From Candidatus Omnitrophota bacterium (GTDB lineage: Bacteria; Omnitrophota; Gorgyraeia; Zapsychrales; Fredricksoniimonadaceae), in NCBI GenBank assembly GCA_903908245.1, contig CAIVRE010000018.1:2876-66875 (forward strand): a stretch of DNA of 64,000 nucleotides, given 5' to 3'. Below the pieces are notes generated by a model, which was not told the DNA's origin, did not search any database, and saw only the letters and a program-made list of their open reading frames with translations. Numbering within the stretch: position 1 is the first letter of the stretch; each line of letters opens with the position of its first letter. The position numbers were made by a program, and so were the translations under genes. Below are positions 22,371 to 31,007 of the stretch, in pieces.

Positions 22371-23035
22371 TGGACGGGATCATTGTTGTAGACAAGCCGT
22401 CGGGCATGACATCGCATGATGTGGTGTCCCGCGTCCGCCGGTGTTTGAACATGAAACGTGTGGGCCATGCCGGGACGCTGGATCCTCTGGCAACCGGCGT
22501 CCTGATAATTCTGGTCGGGAACGCGACCAAACTTTTTGATACATTCGTCGGGTTTGACAAGGCGTATTTGGCGACGATGCAGCTGGGCCGCAAGACGCGC
22601 AGCGCGGATATCCAGGGAGAAACGCTGGAAGAGCGTCCTTTTGCCGGAATTGATCAGAAGGATATCGAGGCGGTCTTCGGCCGGTTTACCGGCGATATCG
22701 AGCAGGTCCCGCCGATGGTCTCCGCGGTGAAATATAAAGGAGAGCGTCTTTACAAGATCGCGCGCAAGGGGGTTACTGTCGAGCGTGAGCCGCGAAAAGT
22801 GCGGATCGACAAGCTCAAGGTCCTTGATTTTTCCTCTCCTTTTGTCAAGTTTTGCCTGGATTGTTCCAAGGGGACGTATGTCCGCCAGATCGCGGATGAT
22901 GTCGGCGACGTGTTGGGCTGTGGCGCATGCATTACCGAGATCCGCCGTACCAAGGTCGGGCCGTTCGCCATAGACGCGGCTGTTAAGCTTGAGGATCTTA
23001 ATGAAAGTCATCTTAAACGCTGGCCCGCTGCCTGA
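22370..23035 (+). CDS. truB: tRNA pseudouridine(55) synthase TruB
   Basis: GIIVVDKPSGMTSHDVV...GHAGTLDPLATGVL carries the catalytic Asp motif. Confidence 0.9.
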   Translation: MDGIIVVDKPSGMTSHDVVSRVRRCLNMKRVGHAGTLDPLATGVLIILVGNATKLFDTFVGFDKAYLATMQLGRKTRSADIQGETLEERPFAGIDQKDIEAVFGRFTGDIEQVPPMVSAVKYKGERLYKIARKGVTVEREPRKVRIDKLKVLDFSSPFVKFCLDCSKGTYVRQIADDVGDVLGCGACITEIRRTKVGPFAIDAAVKLEDLNESHLKRWPAA

Positions 23036-23951
23036 GCGTTATAAAAATATTGTCACGGCGATCGGTGTTTTTGACGGTGTGCATCGCGGTCACCAGAGTG
23101 TCATTGCCCGGGCGGTTGATGCGGCCCGAAATGCCCGGGGGACAAGTGTTGTCGTTACTTTTTTCCCTCATCCTGTCGAGGCCCTTTATCCAAAGGAGTT
23201 CGGCGGTTACGTTGTGACACTGGAGCATCGTCTGCGCCTGATCCGGTCGCTGGGGGCGGATGTCTGTTATGTCATCCCTTTCAGCCGGTCTTTTGCGCGC
23301 TGCTCCGCCGTTGATTTCGCCAGGGATTTTCTGATTAAAAGATTGCGGACAACAAAGGTTGTCGTTGGCGAGGATTTTCATTTCGGGAATCAGCGGCAGG
23401 GGTCGGTTGGCCTTTTCGCAGGTTTTGGTATTTCTGTCGAGACTGTCCCGCTTTTAAAAGTAAATAATATTAATATTAAAACGAGTCTATTGAAAAATTT
23501 TATAAGAGACGGAAATTTGTTGCGATTGAGGTCTTTTTTGGGCCGGGATCACGGGATCTTCGCCGAGGTCGAGCGCGGGAAGGGCATAGGACGGCGATTG
23601 GGGTTCCCTACGGCGAATTTGAAACAGGAAAACGTTATTATCCTTCCTCCCGGGATCTATGTTGTGCGTGTTCTTGCCGGCACAAAAGAGCATCCAGGTG
23701 TTTTTTATATTGGTGCGCGTCCTACGTTCAACAAGCAGCCCGGAGCTGTTGTTCTGGAGGCGCATATCCTTGATTTCAAGGGCGTATTGTATGGCAAAAA
23801 GATCGGTGTTGAGTTTTTGAAGAAGTTGCGGGACGATTCTTCATTTCCCGACGAGATATCGCTTGCGCGAGCGATCGCGCGCGATGTGAAAAATGCGCGT
23901 GTGTATTTCAGCAGGCATCCTTCCGGATCAGTATCGCCTTTTTCCTTTTAG
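23001..23951 (+). CDS. ribF: bifunctional riboflavin kinase / FMN adenylyltransferase
   Basis: GVFDGVHRGHQ nucleotidyltransferase motif, and a C-terminal riboflavin kinase domain (PTANL...GIY...GxRPT). Confidence 0.85.
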   Translation: MKVILNAGPLPERYKNIVTAIGVFDGVHRGHQSVIARAVDAARNARGTSVVVTFFPHPVEALYPKEFGGYVVTLEHRLRLIRSLGADVCYVIPFSRSFARCSAVDFARDFLIKRLRTTKVVVGEDFHFGNQRQGSVGLFAGFGISVETVPLLKVNNINIKTSLLKNFIRDGNLLRLRSFLGRDHGIFAEVERGKGIGRRLGFPTANLKQENVIILPPGIYVVRVLAGTKEHPGVFYIGARPTFNKQPGAVVLEAHILDFKGVLYGKKIGVEFLKKLRDDSSFPDEISLARAIARDVKNARVYFSRHPSGSVSPFSF

Positions 23952-24157
23952 AATTGATGCAGGACCGCAGTGCAATGCCCTGAAAACCATGAAAGTGGTT
24001 TAGGGGTGGTTTTCGCTTTTCCGGTATTCCCCCGCCATTAATATTTTCCTGTTCCATTCTTTGTTTTCCCGAAATGCTAGGCCTTCTTGAATTATATCGA
24101 CGACAAAGCCCATATTTTTTGCCCAGAAAAATATTGGATATTTACCTCTTTTCCTTG

Positions 24158-24223
24158 TTGACATTGCATGGAGCGGGGCATATACTTGTCATTGTGGTGG
24201 GGGGAAGTGGTGGAAAGTGGTGT
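24158..24223 (+). promoter_or_regulatory. Pmra-like promoter with MraZ-box direct repeats
   Basis: TTGACA (24158-24163), a 17-nt spacer, then TATACT (24181-24186). Three GTGGTG(G) direct repeats follow at 24194, 24207 and 24217, which is 10-13 bp periodicity, and lie 30 nt upstream of the mraZ RBS. Confidence 0.5.
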
Positions 24224-24252
24224 GACCTCCAAAACAGGCAAAAGGTGACGAT

Positions 24253-24690
24253 ATGTTCTACGGCGAATACGCACACAACCTGGACACGAAAGGAAGGCTT
24301 ATCCTTCCGTCACGTTTTCGTGATGTCGCCCGTGAGAATAATATTGAAAAGTTTTTTGTTACCCGCGGGCTTGAGAAGTGCATTTTCATGTTCACGGAAT
24401 ACGAGTGGAAGGTCCAGGAGCAGAAGTTCAAGGGGCTTTCTTTTACCAAGCAGGACAACCGCACGTTCAACCGCATGTTGTTCTCTGGCGCAGTGGATGT
24501 CGTTCCTGATAAGCAGGGCCGTTTTATTGTTCCCCAGTATTTAAAGGATTTCGCGGGTATTAAAAAGAATACCGTTCTGATCGGTGTTTCGAACCGTATC
24601 GAGATATGGGATACGTCGCGCTGGCAGGAATTCTATAGCAAGTCGACCGAGCTGTTTGAGCAAACAGCCGAGAAGATGATCGATCTGTAA
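24253..24690 (+). CDS. mraZ: transcriptional regulator MraZ
   Basis: MFYGEYAHNLDTKGRLILPSRFR...FIVPQYLKDFAGI shows the duplicated MraZ/SpoVT-AbrB fold. It is the first gene of the dcw cluster. Confidence 0.9.
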   Translation: MFYGEYAHNLDTKGRLILPSRFRDVARENNIEKFFVTRGLEKCIFMFTEYEWKVQEQKFKGLSFTKQDNRTFNRMLFSGAVDVVPDKQGRFIVPQYLKDFAGIKKNTVLIGVSNRIEIWDTSRWQEFYSKSTELFEQTAEKMIDL

Positions 24691-24718
24691 AAAACCTTTG
24701 CCGAACCAGGAGGCGCAC

Positions 24719-25006
24719 ATGATGACGCTGATCCACTCCAAACTCGTCTTTAAGCACATGGTGGAGCTTCCGCATTGTGAATGTGTGTTCTGTTCCACCC
24801 AGGAAGAATCCACCGGGCGGACCAGGATCTACCTGCTGTTCAAGGAGCGTCATAAGGTTTATCAGCGTAACGGCGCCAAGGGCAACTGGGAAGAGCTGCT
24901 TGATGCCGAGGACCGGCAGCATGTATGGGATGGTTTTGAGCAGGCGGTGATGGAGCGGAAGATCCCCAGTTTTGTGGCGGCCTCTTCTGACTTTGCGGCT
25001 TTATGA
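24719..25006 (+). CDS. hypothetical small Cys/His-containing protein (95 aa) inserted between mraZ and rsmH
   Basis: The ATG is 6 nt after AGGAGG. The stop overlaps the rsmH start (ATGA). It carries an HCECVFC motif. No family recognised. Confidence 0.45.
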   Translation: MMTLIHSKLVFKHMVELPHCECVFCSTQEESTGRTRIYLLFKERHKVYQRNGAKGNWEELLDAEDRQHVWDGFEQAVMERKIPSFVAASSDFAAL

Positions 25007-25938
25007 CATTAAGGCCTGCCGGAGGGATCGATGATGTTCCCGAAGAGCGTCTCGGGCACATATCGGTCATGAGCCGGGAGGTGGGGGCGGCTTTGAAGCT
25101 TGGCAAGGGCATGACGGTGGTGGATTGCACTCTGGGGCTTGGCGGGCATTCGCTCATGATGGCGGAGATCATCGGGGTAGGCGGAAGGCTGGTGGGGATA
25201 GATCAGGATGACCGGGCGATCGTGCTGGCCAAAGAGCGGCTAAAGGGGTTTTCCGGCCGGCTGGATATCGTTAAAAGCAATTTCCGGAACATGAATGAAG
25301 TTTTAGACGGCCTTGGGGTTCAAGCGGTGGATGCTGTTCTTTTTGACCTGGGAGTGTCAAGCATTCAGCTCGATGACCCCGCGCGCGGTTTCAGTTTTCG
25401 CCGTGACGGGCCTTTGGACATGAGGATGGATGCTGGCGCGCAAGTTTCGGCCTTTGATGTCGTCAATACATTTCCCGAGGAAGAGCTGGCGAGGGTCCTG
25501 TGGCAGTACGGTGAGGAGCGGTTCAGCCGGAGGATCGCCCGGAACATTGTCAAGGCCCGGGCGGCCAGCGTTATCAATACTACGGCAGAGTTGACGGCCA
25601 TTATCCTGCGGTCATTGCCCTATAAGCATTCACGGGAGGGGGCTCATCCGGCCACCCGTTCATTCCAGGGGATAAGGATCGCGGTCAATCAGGAATTGGA
25701 GTCCCTTGAGTCGGTGTTGGGCGTGGCGTTTACCCGGTTGAAGCCGGCAGGAAGGATGTGTGTTATTTCTTTTCATTCTCTTGAGGACCGTATCGTGAAG
25801 GAAAGGTTCCGTTCGCTTTCATTGGCCGGGAGCGCGGCCGTGTTGACCAAGAAACCATTAAGGCCGTCTCCGGAAGAAGAGTCGGCGAATCCCCGTTCAC
25901 GCAGTGCGCGGCTCCGGGCATTGGAAAGGATCCTATGA
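25003..25938 (+). CDS. rsmH: 16S rRNA (cytosine1402-N4)-methyltransferase RsmH (MraW)
   Basis: HISVMSREV...DCTLGLGGHS...DLGVSSIQLDDPARGFSF...DMRMD are RsmH signatures. Confidence 0.9.
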   Translation: MTLRPAGGIDDVPEERLGHISVMSREVGAALKLGKGMTVVDCTLGLGGHSLMMAEIIGVGGRLVGIDQDDRAIVLAKERLKGFSGRLDIVKSNFRNMNEVLDGLGVQAVDAVLFDLGVSSIQLDDPARGFSFRRDGPLDMRMDAGAQVSAFDVVNTFPEEELARVLWQYGEERFSRRIARNIVKARAASVINTTAELTAIILRSLPYKHSREGAHPATRSFQGIRIAVNQELESLESVLGVAFTRLKPAGRMCVISFHSLEDRIVKERFRSLSLAGSAAVLTKKPLRPSPEEESANPRSRSARLRALERIL

Positions 25939-26246
25939 AGGTCAGTGCTTTTTTGAAGGTTATGTGCATTATCACCACTATGGGGGTGCTTTATATTAAC
26001 CTTCAGATGAGTATTTATGACCTTGCCTACCAGGGCAAAAGAAAAGAGGACAGGATCGAGAAGCTTGCCGAGAATAATGTTATTATGAAGAACGATATTT
26101 TACGCCTGAAATCTTCCGATCATATCGGCCGGCAATTGCTGGTCAAAGAGAGCAATTACAAGTTCCTTGGCCGTAATAATGTGGTCGAAGTTGAGGAGGC
26201 GGGGGCCAGTCCGCTTTCAGGCCTTCTGGCATTTGCGAAATTTTAA
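25935..26246 (+). CDS. ftsL: cell division protein FtsL
   Basis: A small bitopic protein (TM, then a coiled-coil-like region) in the canonical position between rsmH and ftsI. Confidence 0.6.
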   Translation: MKVSAFLKVMCIITTMGVLYINLQMSIYDLAYQGKRKEDRIEKLAENNVIMKNDILRLKSSDHIGRQLLVKESNYKFLGRNNVVEVEEAGASPLSGLLAFAKF

Positions 26247-26329
26247 GGTTTTTACTTTTTTTCCCCCGAAATTTTCCTAGAATGAACGTATAAAACAAAA
26301 GATCAACCGTTCAAATAGAAGTCTATTCC

Positions 26330-28012
26330 TTGAATTCCCAGCGCTATCCTATACGCCTTGGCTTTATCTTTTCTGGCATATTCCTGCTTTTAGCGCTATT
26401 CACTGTCAAATTGTCCCTTATTCAGGTCTTCCGATCCAGTTATCTGGCAGATAAGGCGGATAAACAGCACAACCATGTGGTGGATCTGGAGCCTCGCCGG
26501 GGAACGATCTATGACCGGGAGTTGCGCGCGCTGGCGCTCAATGTCGCGGCGTATTCGCTCTTCGCGAACCCCAAGGCGATGACTCCGGAGCAGAAGTCGC
26601 TGGCCGCGCGAAAAGTTGCGGAGGTCCTTGGAGAAAGTGAAGCGTCCTTGCTCAGGAAAATGGAGAAGCCCAAAAATTTCGTGTGGCTGGCGCGGAAGGT
26701 CCCTCAGGCCGCATATGAAAGGTTAAAGACCGAGAAGATCCGCGGCCTGGCTTTTATTAAAGAAAGCAAAAGGTTTTACCCTAACGGGGAACTGGCCGCC
26801 CATGTGATCGGGTTCGCGAATATTGATAATGTCGGGCTTCAAGGTGTTGAGCTCGAGTTCAACAAGTACCTGCAGGGGACCAAAGGGGTGGCGCAGTTCC
26901 TGCGCGATGCCCGTCAGCGCGACCTGATGATCGAGAAGGACTTTATTGCGCCCAAGGACGGGCATGATATTGTGCTGACGATCGATGAGACCATTCAGTT
27001 CATCGCGGAAAAAGCCATTGAAAAGGCGTTCGTCAAATACAATGCCGCTTCCGCCAGTGTCATTGTCCTGAATCCGAAGACAGGAGAGGTGTTGGCGTTC
27101 GCAAACCGCCCGACCTTCCGTCCGGACGCGCCGGATAAAAGCCCGGTCGAGAACCGCACGAATCGCGCGGTGGCGTTTGTTTATGAACCAGGTTCTGTTT
27201 TCAAGATCGTGACAGCAACGGCCGCATTGGAAGAGGGCGTTACCAACGAGGAAGAGATTTTCTTTTGCGAGAACGGGAAATACCTGGTGGGGAACCATAT
27301 TCTTAAAGATGCGCATCCTAAAGGGAGGCTGACATTCCGCCAGGTCATAGAAGAGTCCAGCAATATCGGGACGGTCAAGGTGGCGCAGCGTCTTGGGCCG
27401 GACAAGATCTATGAGTATGCGCACCGGTTCCACTTTGGACAAAAGACCAACATCGGGATGACGGGAGAGGTCAGCGGCTTGTTAAAGCCGACCAGCCGCT
27501 GGTCGAAGACATCGATCGGCGCCATTCCTATCGGCCAGGAGGTAACGGTGACACCGGTGCAGCTGGTCATGGCTATTGCGGCTATCGCCAATGACGGGGT
27601 CATGATGAAGCCGTATTTTATAAAATATGTCAAGGCGCCGAATGGCATGGTCATTGAGGAGAATAAGCCCCAGGTGGTCGGACGGGTGATGCGCCCCGAA
27701 ATATCCCGGCGTGTGCGCAGTATCCTTCAGGGGGTCATTGATGAAGGAACGGCACAGATGGCCAAGATGAAGGATGTCCCTGCCGGCGGAAAGACAGGTA
27801 CCGCGCAAAAAGTGGTGGATGGCGTTTATTCGCACAGCAAATTCGTGGGGTCGTTCATCGGGTTTGCCCCGGTGGATGATGCGAAACTCGCGGTCGTGGT
27901 GACCGTGGATGAACCGCATCCGGCGTATTATGGCGGTGTGGTCGCCGGGCCGGTGTTCAAGGAGGTGGTGGAGGATTCATTGAAGTATCTGGCGGGGAGA
28001 AAAGGCCTTTAA
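26330..28012 (+). CDS. ftsI: peptidoglycan D,D-transpeptidase FtsI (class B PBP)
   Basis: N-terminal TM and PBP dimerisation domain, then a transpeptidase domain with SVFK (SxxK), SSN (SxN) and KTGTA (KTG). Confidence 0.85.
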   Translation: MNSQRYPIRLGFIFSGIFLLLALFTVKLSLIQVFRSSYLADKADKQHNHVVDLEPRRGTIYDRELRALALNVAAYSLFANPKAMTPEQKSLAARKVAEVLGESEASLLRKMEKPKNFVWLARKVPQAAYERLKTEKIRGLAFIKESKRFYPNGELAAHVIGFANIDNVGLQGVELEFNKYLQGTKGVAQFLRDARQRDLMIEKDFIAPKDGHDIVLTIDETIQFIAEKAIEKAFVKYNAASASVIVLNPKTGEVLAFANRPTFRPDAPDKSPVENRTNRAVAFVYEPGSVFKIVTATAALEEGVTNEEEIFFCENGKYLVGNHILKDAHPKGRLTFRQVIEESSNIGTVKVAQRLGPDKIYEYAHRFHFGQKTNIGMTGEVSGLLKPTSRWSKTSIGAIPIGQEVTVTPVQLVMAIAAIANDGVMMKPYFIKYVKAPNGMVIEENKPQVVGRVMRPEISRRVRSILQGVIDEGTAQMAKMKDVPAGGKTGTAQKVVDGVYSHSKFVGSFIGFAPVDDAKLAVVVTVDEPHPAYYGGVVAGPVFKEVVEDSLKYLAGRKGL

Positions 28013-28020
28013 AGGACAGT

Positions 28021-29553
28021 ATGGACAAAAAAACAGCTATTTTAAAGGTTAGCCTCGGTGTTGCGTTCATGGTGTTCTTTCTTTGGACGTTTTTTTCGTA
28101 TGTGCCTTTTAATATGGATGAGCTTTGTTCTTATCATGTGATCGCCTGCAATGAATATCCGTTGAACAAGCTCAATGTGTTCCGGGAGCGCTGTGATGCC
28201 TGCGACCTTTCGGTCCTGAAAGGCCCTTTTGTCCCCTTATTGACGTATTCGTATGTTGGAAGTTCTGCTGCTGCTGTTTATTATCCATTGTTCAAATTAT
28301 GGCGATCTCCGTATTCCATCAGATTCCTGGGGCTGCTGTTCCTGGCGGCGCAGGCGTTCCTTTTATATAAGATATTCCGTCTGGACCTCTTCTTCTGTTT
28401 CTTTTTCCTGTTGCTCTTCTTCCCGTATGCGTTTCAGCACATGGTTGATTTTGGGCCGAAGCTTCTGCAAACGACATCGATCTTTCTTGTTTTATATTTG
28501 TCGCGGCAGTGGCGCCTGGCGGCAGAGGCCGGATCGGGGAGCAGCTGGAAGTATCCCGCTTGCATAGGTGCGTTGATATTCCTGGGTGTGTGGACGAAGC
28601 TCGCGTATTTTCTTGTGGTGCCATCGATCCTTGTTCTTGTTGCGTATACTCTTTTTGAAGGGCGGGGGATGAGGGCTTTTGATTTGAAACAGTTCAAGCG
28701 CGGGTGGCTCTTCCTGGTTTTGACAGCGATCGTACCGAGTTACATTCTTTTGAATGGCGTTAATCGCTGGGGGGCAAAATATGCCAAGATCGCCGAGAAC
28801 GGGAAGTTTGTCCCATTATTCGATCTTGCCGGGTTGAGGGATCATTTTATAGCCCTTTCAAAATTCTTCACGAACCCGTTACAAAGTGCGCATGTGGTCT
28901 TTGAAGTAAAAGAGACCGCGACTTTTGCGGGAATATTCTTTTTGGTATTGATGGCCGGGTTTTTCTGTTTTGCTGTCTGGCGGATGTTTTCAAGCGGGAA
29001 AAGAGTCGCTTTTGTGGTATTGAATATAGCCCTTTTCTTTGTTGCATTGATCCTGATGGCGTATAACCAGAACGTTTGGGCCATGCATCATGTGGCGCTG
29101 GCATTCCCTTTTCTTCTTTTGGCTCTTTTTGATATCTTTTCCCAATGTTATAAGGACAAAGCGATGAAGATATTTCTTGCTGTCTTTATTTGTTCCAATC
29201 TTTTCTTTTATGGCGCTCTGACACAGGAAAAGCCTTTTGCGAACAGTTATCCGGGCCTGGTCCGTTTTAATGAATTTCTAAGCAAGGGGTATTCCAGGGA
29301 CCATGTTTTTGTTGTGATCGATTGGGGGATGTATTATTTGAAAAGCCTTTACGGCGAAAAGGATCAGTGCGTGATCTATATAGATCCTTTTACGGAAAAA
29401 GATGTGCCGGCGCTGAAGAAGATCCTTGAAACGACGAACAGAAGGCCGATGTTCATCGGCCGCAAGGACAGTTTTTATACCAGGGGGATCGCCGGGCATT
29501 TTACGGAAGTGACGCCCGGGTTTGATGTCGGCCCTTGGGCGGCCTGGCACTAG
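28021..29553 (+). CDS. polytopic membrane protein, putative GT-C-fold (ArnT/PMT-like) glycosyltransferase
   Basis: About 10-11 TM helices and a C-terminal soluble domain of about 100 aa. The first extracytoplasmic loop carries DExxxY (FNMDELCSYH), as in the PMT_2/ArnT family, plus 4 Cys. Local GC is visibly lower than in the flanking genes. Confidence 0.55.
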   Translation: MDKKTAILKVSLGVAFMVFFLWTFFSYVPFNMDELCSYHVIACNEYPLNKLNVFRERCDACDLSVLKGPFVPLLTYSYVGSSAAAVYYPLFKLWRSPYSIRFLGLLFLAAQAFLLYKIFRLDLFFCFFFLLLFFPYAFQHMVDFGPKLLQTTSIFLVLYLSRQWRLAAEAGSGSSWKYPACIGALIFLGVWTKLAYFLVVPSILVLVAYTLFEGRGMRAFDLKQFKRGWLFLVLTAIVPSYILLNGVNRWGAKYAKIAENGKFVPLFDLAGLRDHFIALSKFFTNPLQSAHVVFEVKETATFAGIFFLVLMAGFFCFAVWRMFSSGKRVAFVVLNIALFFVALILMAYNQNVWAMHHVALAFPFLLLALFDIFSQCYKDKAMKIFLAVFICSNLFFYGALTQEKPFANSYPGLVRFNEFLSKGYSRDHVFVVIDWGMYYLKSLYGEKDQCVIYIDPFTEKDVPALKKILETTNRRPMFIGRKDSFYTRGIAGHFTEVTPGFDVGPWAAWH

Positions 29554-29585
29554 TTTTTTCGCGCGCAAGATCTCGGCGAGGTTAA

Positions 29586-31007
29586 ATGCGGATATATCAT
29601 GTGGATGTTAACGCGGTTTGGGATGACTCCAGGCGAGTGACTCCGGGGAGTTTATTCGCGGCACTTGACGGCCCGGCCAGGAAGGGCGAGGAATTCATCC
29701 CGCAGGCTGTGGCTGGCGGGGCTTCGGTGATCGTATTGTCACGGGCCAGTGAAGCTGTATTCAGCCGCCAGTATCCGCAGGTCAAGTTCATCGGGGTGGA
29801 AGATCCCCGAATGGAGTTCAGGCAGGTCGTTGAGTCTTTTTACGGAAAGCCATCGGATAAGGTCAGGGTCATCGGGGTCACGGGAACGAACGGCAAGACA
29901 ACGATCACCTATTTCCTGGAGTCCATACTGGCTGCAGCGGGAAAGTCCTGCGGGGTTATCGGGACGGTCAATTATCGTGTGGCCGGTAAGGTTGTCCCGT
30001 CGACGAATACGACACCGGGCCTGTTGGACAATCAGATCTTTTTGAACGGGCTGGCTGCCGGGGGCATCCTTTATTCGGTGATGGAGGTTTCTTCGCATGC
30101 GCTTGATCAGGGGCGGGTGGACTTGATCGGGTTCAAGGGGGCTTTGTTCACGAACCTTACCGGCGATCATATCGACTATCATGGAACGATGGGGTCTTAT
30201 TTTGAAGCCAAGAGCCGGCTGTTCACAGGCCTTTCGGCGGATGCATATGCTGTTATTAATACCGATGATCTTTGGGGAAGAAAACTGGTGCCGTTGACGC
30301 GGGCCAGGGTCCTGACTTATGGTATTGACGAGGGGGCGGATGTTCGCGCAACGGCCATTGAGTCCGGGCGCAAGGGCGCGCGATTCGATGTTAAATTCCC
30401 CGGGGGAGAGGTTGAGATCAAGACCGTGTTCACGGGGAAGCATAATGTTTATAATATCTTGGCGGCGTTCGCGGCGGGCCTGGGCGAGGGGTTTGCGGCG
30501 GGTGTTATCAAAGAAGGGATAGAATCCCTTAAGAATGTCCCTGGCCGTCTGGAGCGGGTGGACTGCGGCCAGGAGTTTGATGTATTCATTGATTATGCGC
30601 ATACGGATGACGGGCTTAAGAATGTTCTGCAGGCTTTGCGGGAGGTCAGGCATAAGAAGCTGATCGTAGTGTTCGGCTGCGGAGGGGACCGCGACCGCAC
30701 CAAGCGCCCCCGGATGGGAACAGTGGCGTGTGAGCTGGCGGACTTTTCGATCATTACTTCGGATAATCCGCGCAGCGAGGACCCTCTGGGGATCATCCGT
30801 GAAGTGGTCCCCGGGTTCAGCAAGAAGACTTATGAGATCGTGGTCGAGCGTGAAGCGGCGATCCGCCGGGCGCTGGAATTGGCCGGGCCGGGAGACATTG
30901 TCCTTCTGGCCGGGAAAGGCCACGAGACATACCAGGTATTGAACGACAGGACCACTGATTGTGTCGAGAGGGATATTGTGGGCAGGATATTGTCAGAGAG
31001 GGGATAA
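29586..31007 (+). CDS. murE: UDP-N-acetylmuramoyl-L-alanyl-D-glutamate--2,6-diaminopimelate ligase
   Basis: Mur ligase P-loop GVTGTNGKTT, and the C-terminal DNPR motif (SDNPRSEDP) typical of meso-DAP-adding MurE. Confidence 0.9.
   Translation: MRIYHVDVNAVWDDSRRVTPGSLFAALDGPARKGEEFIPQAVAGGASVIVLSRASEAVFSRQYPQVKFIGVEDPRMEFRQVVESFYGKPSDKVRVIGVTGTNGKTTITYFLESILAAAGKSCGVIGTVNYRVAGKVVPSTNTTPGLLDNQIFLNGLAAGGILYSVMEVSSHALDQGRVDLIGFKGALFTNLTGDHIDYHGTMGSYFEAKSRLFTGLSADAYAVINTDDLWGRKLVPLTRARVLTYGIDEGADVRATAIESGRKGARFDVKFPGGEVEIKTVFTGKHNVYNILAAFAAGLGEGFAAGVIKEGIESLKNVPGRLERVDCGQEFDVFIDYAHTDDGLKNVLQALREVRHKKLIVVFGCGGDRDRTKRPRMGTVACELADFSIITSDNPRSEDPLGIIREVVPGFSKKTYEIVVEREAAIRRALELAGPGDIVLLAGKGHETYQVLNDRTTDCVERDIVGRILSERG

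Noticed and set aside
24074-24544. A 156-aa + strand ORF spanning the mraZ promoter and the 5' half of mraZ in another frame.
   Set aside because: It overlaps the Pmra promoter and operator and the genuine mraZ frame. Its composition is Ser/Arg-rich and it has no RBS.
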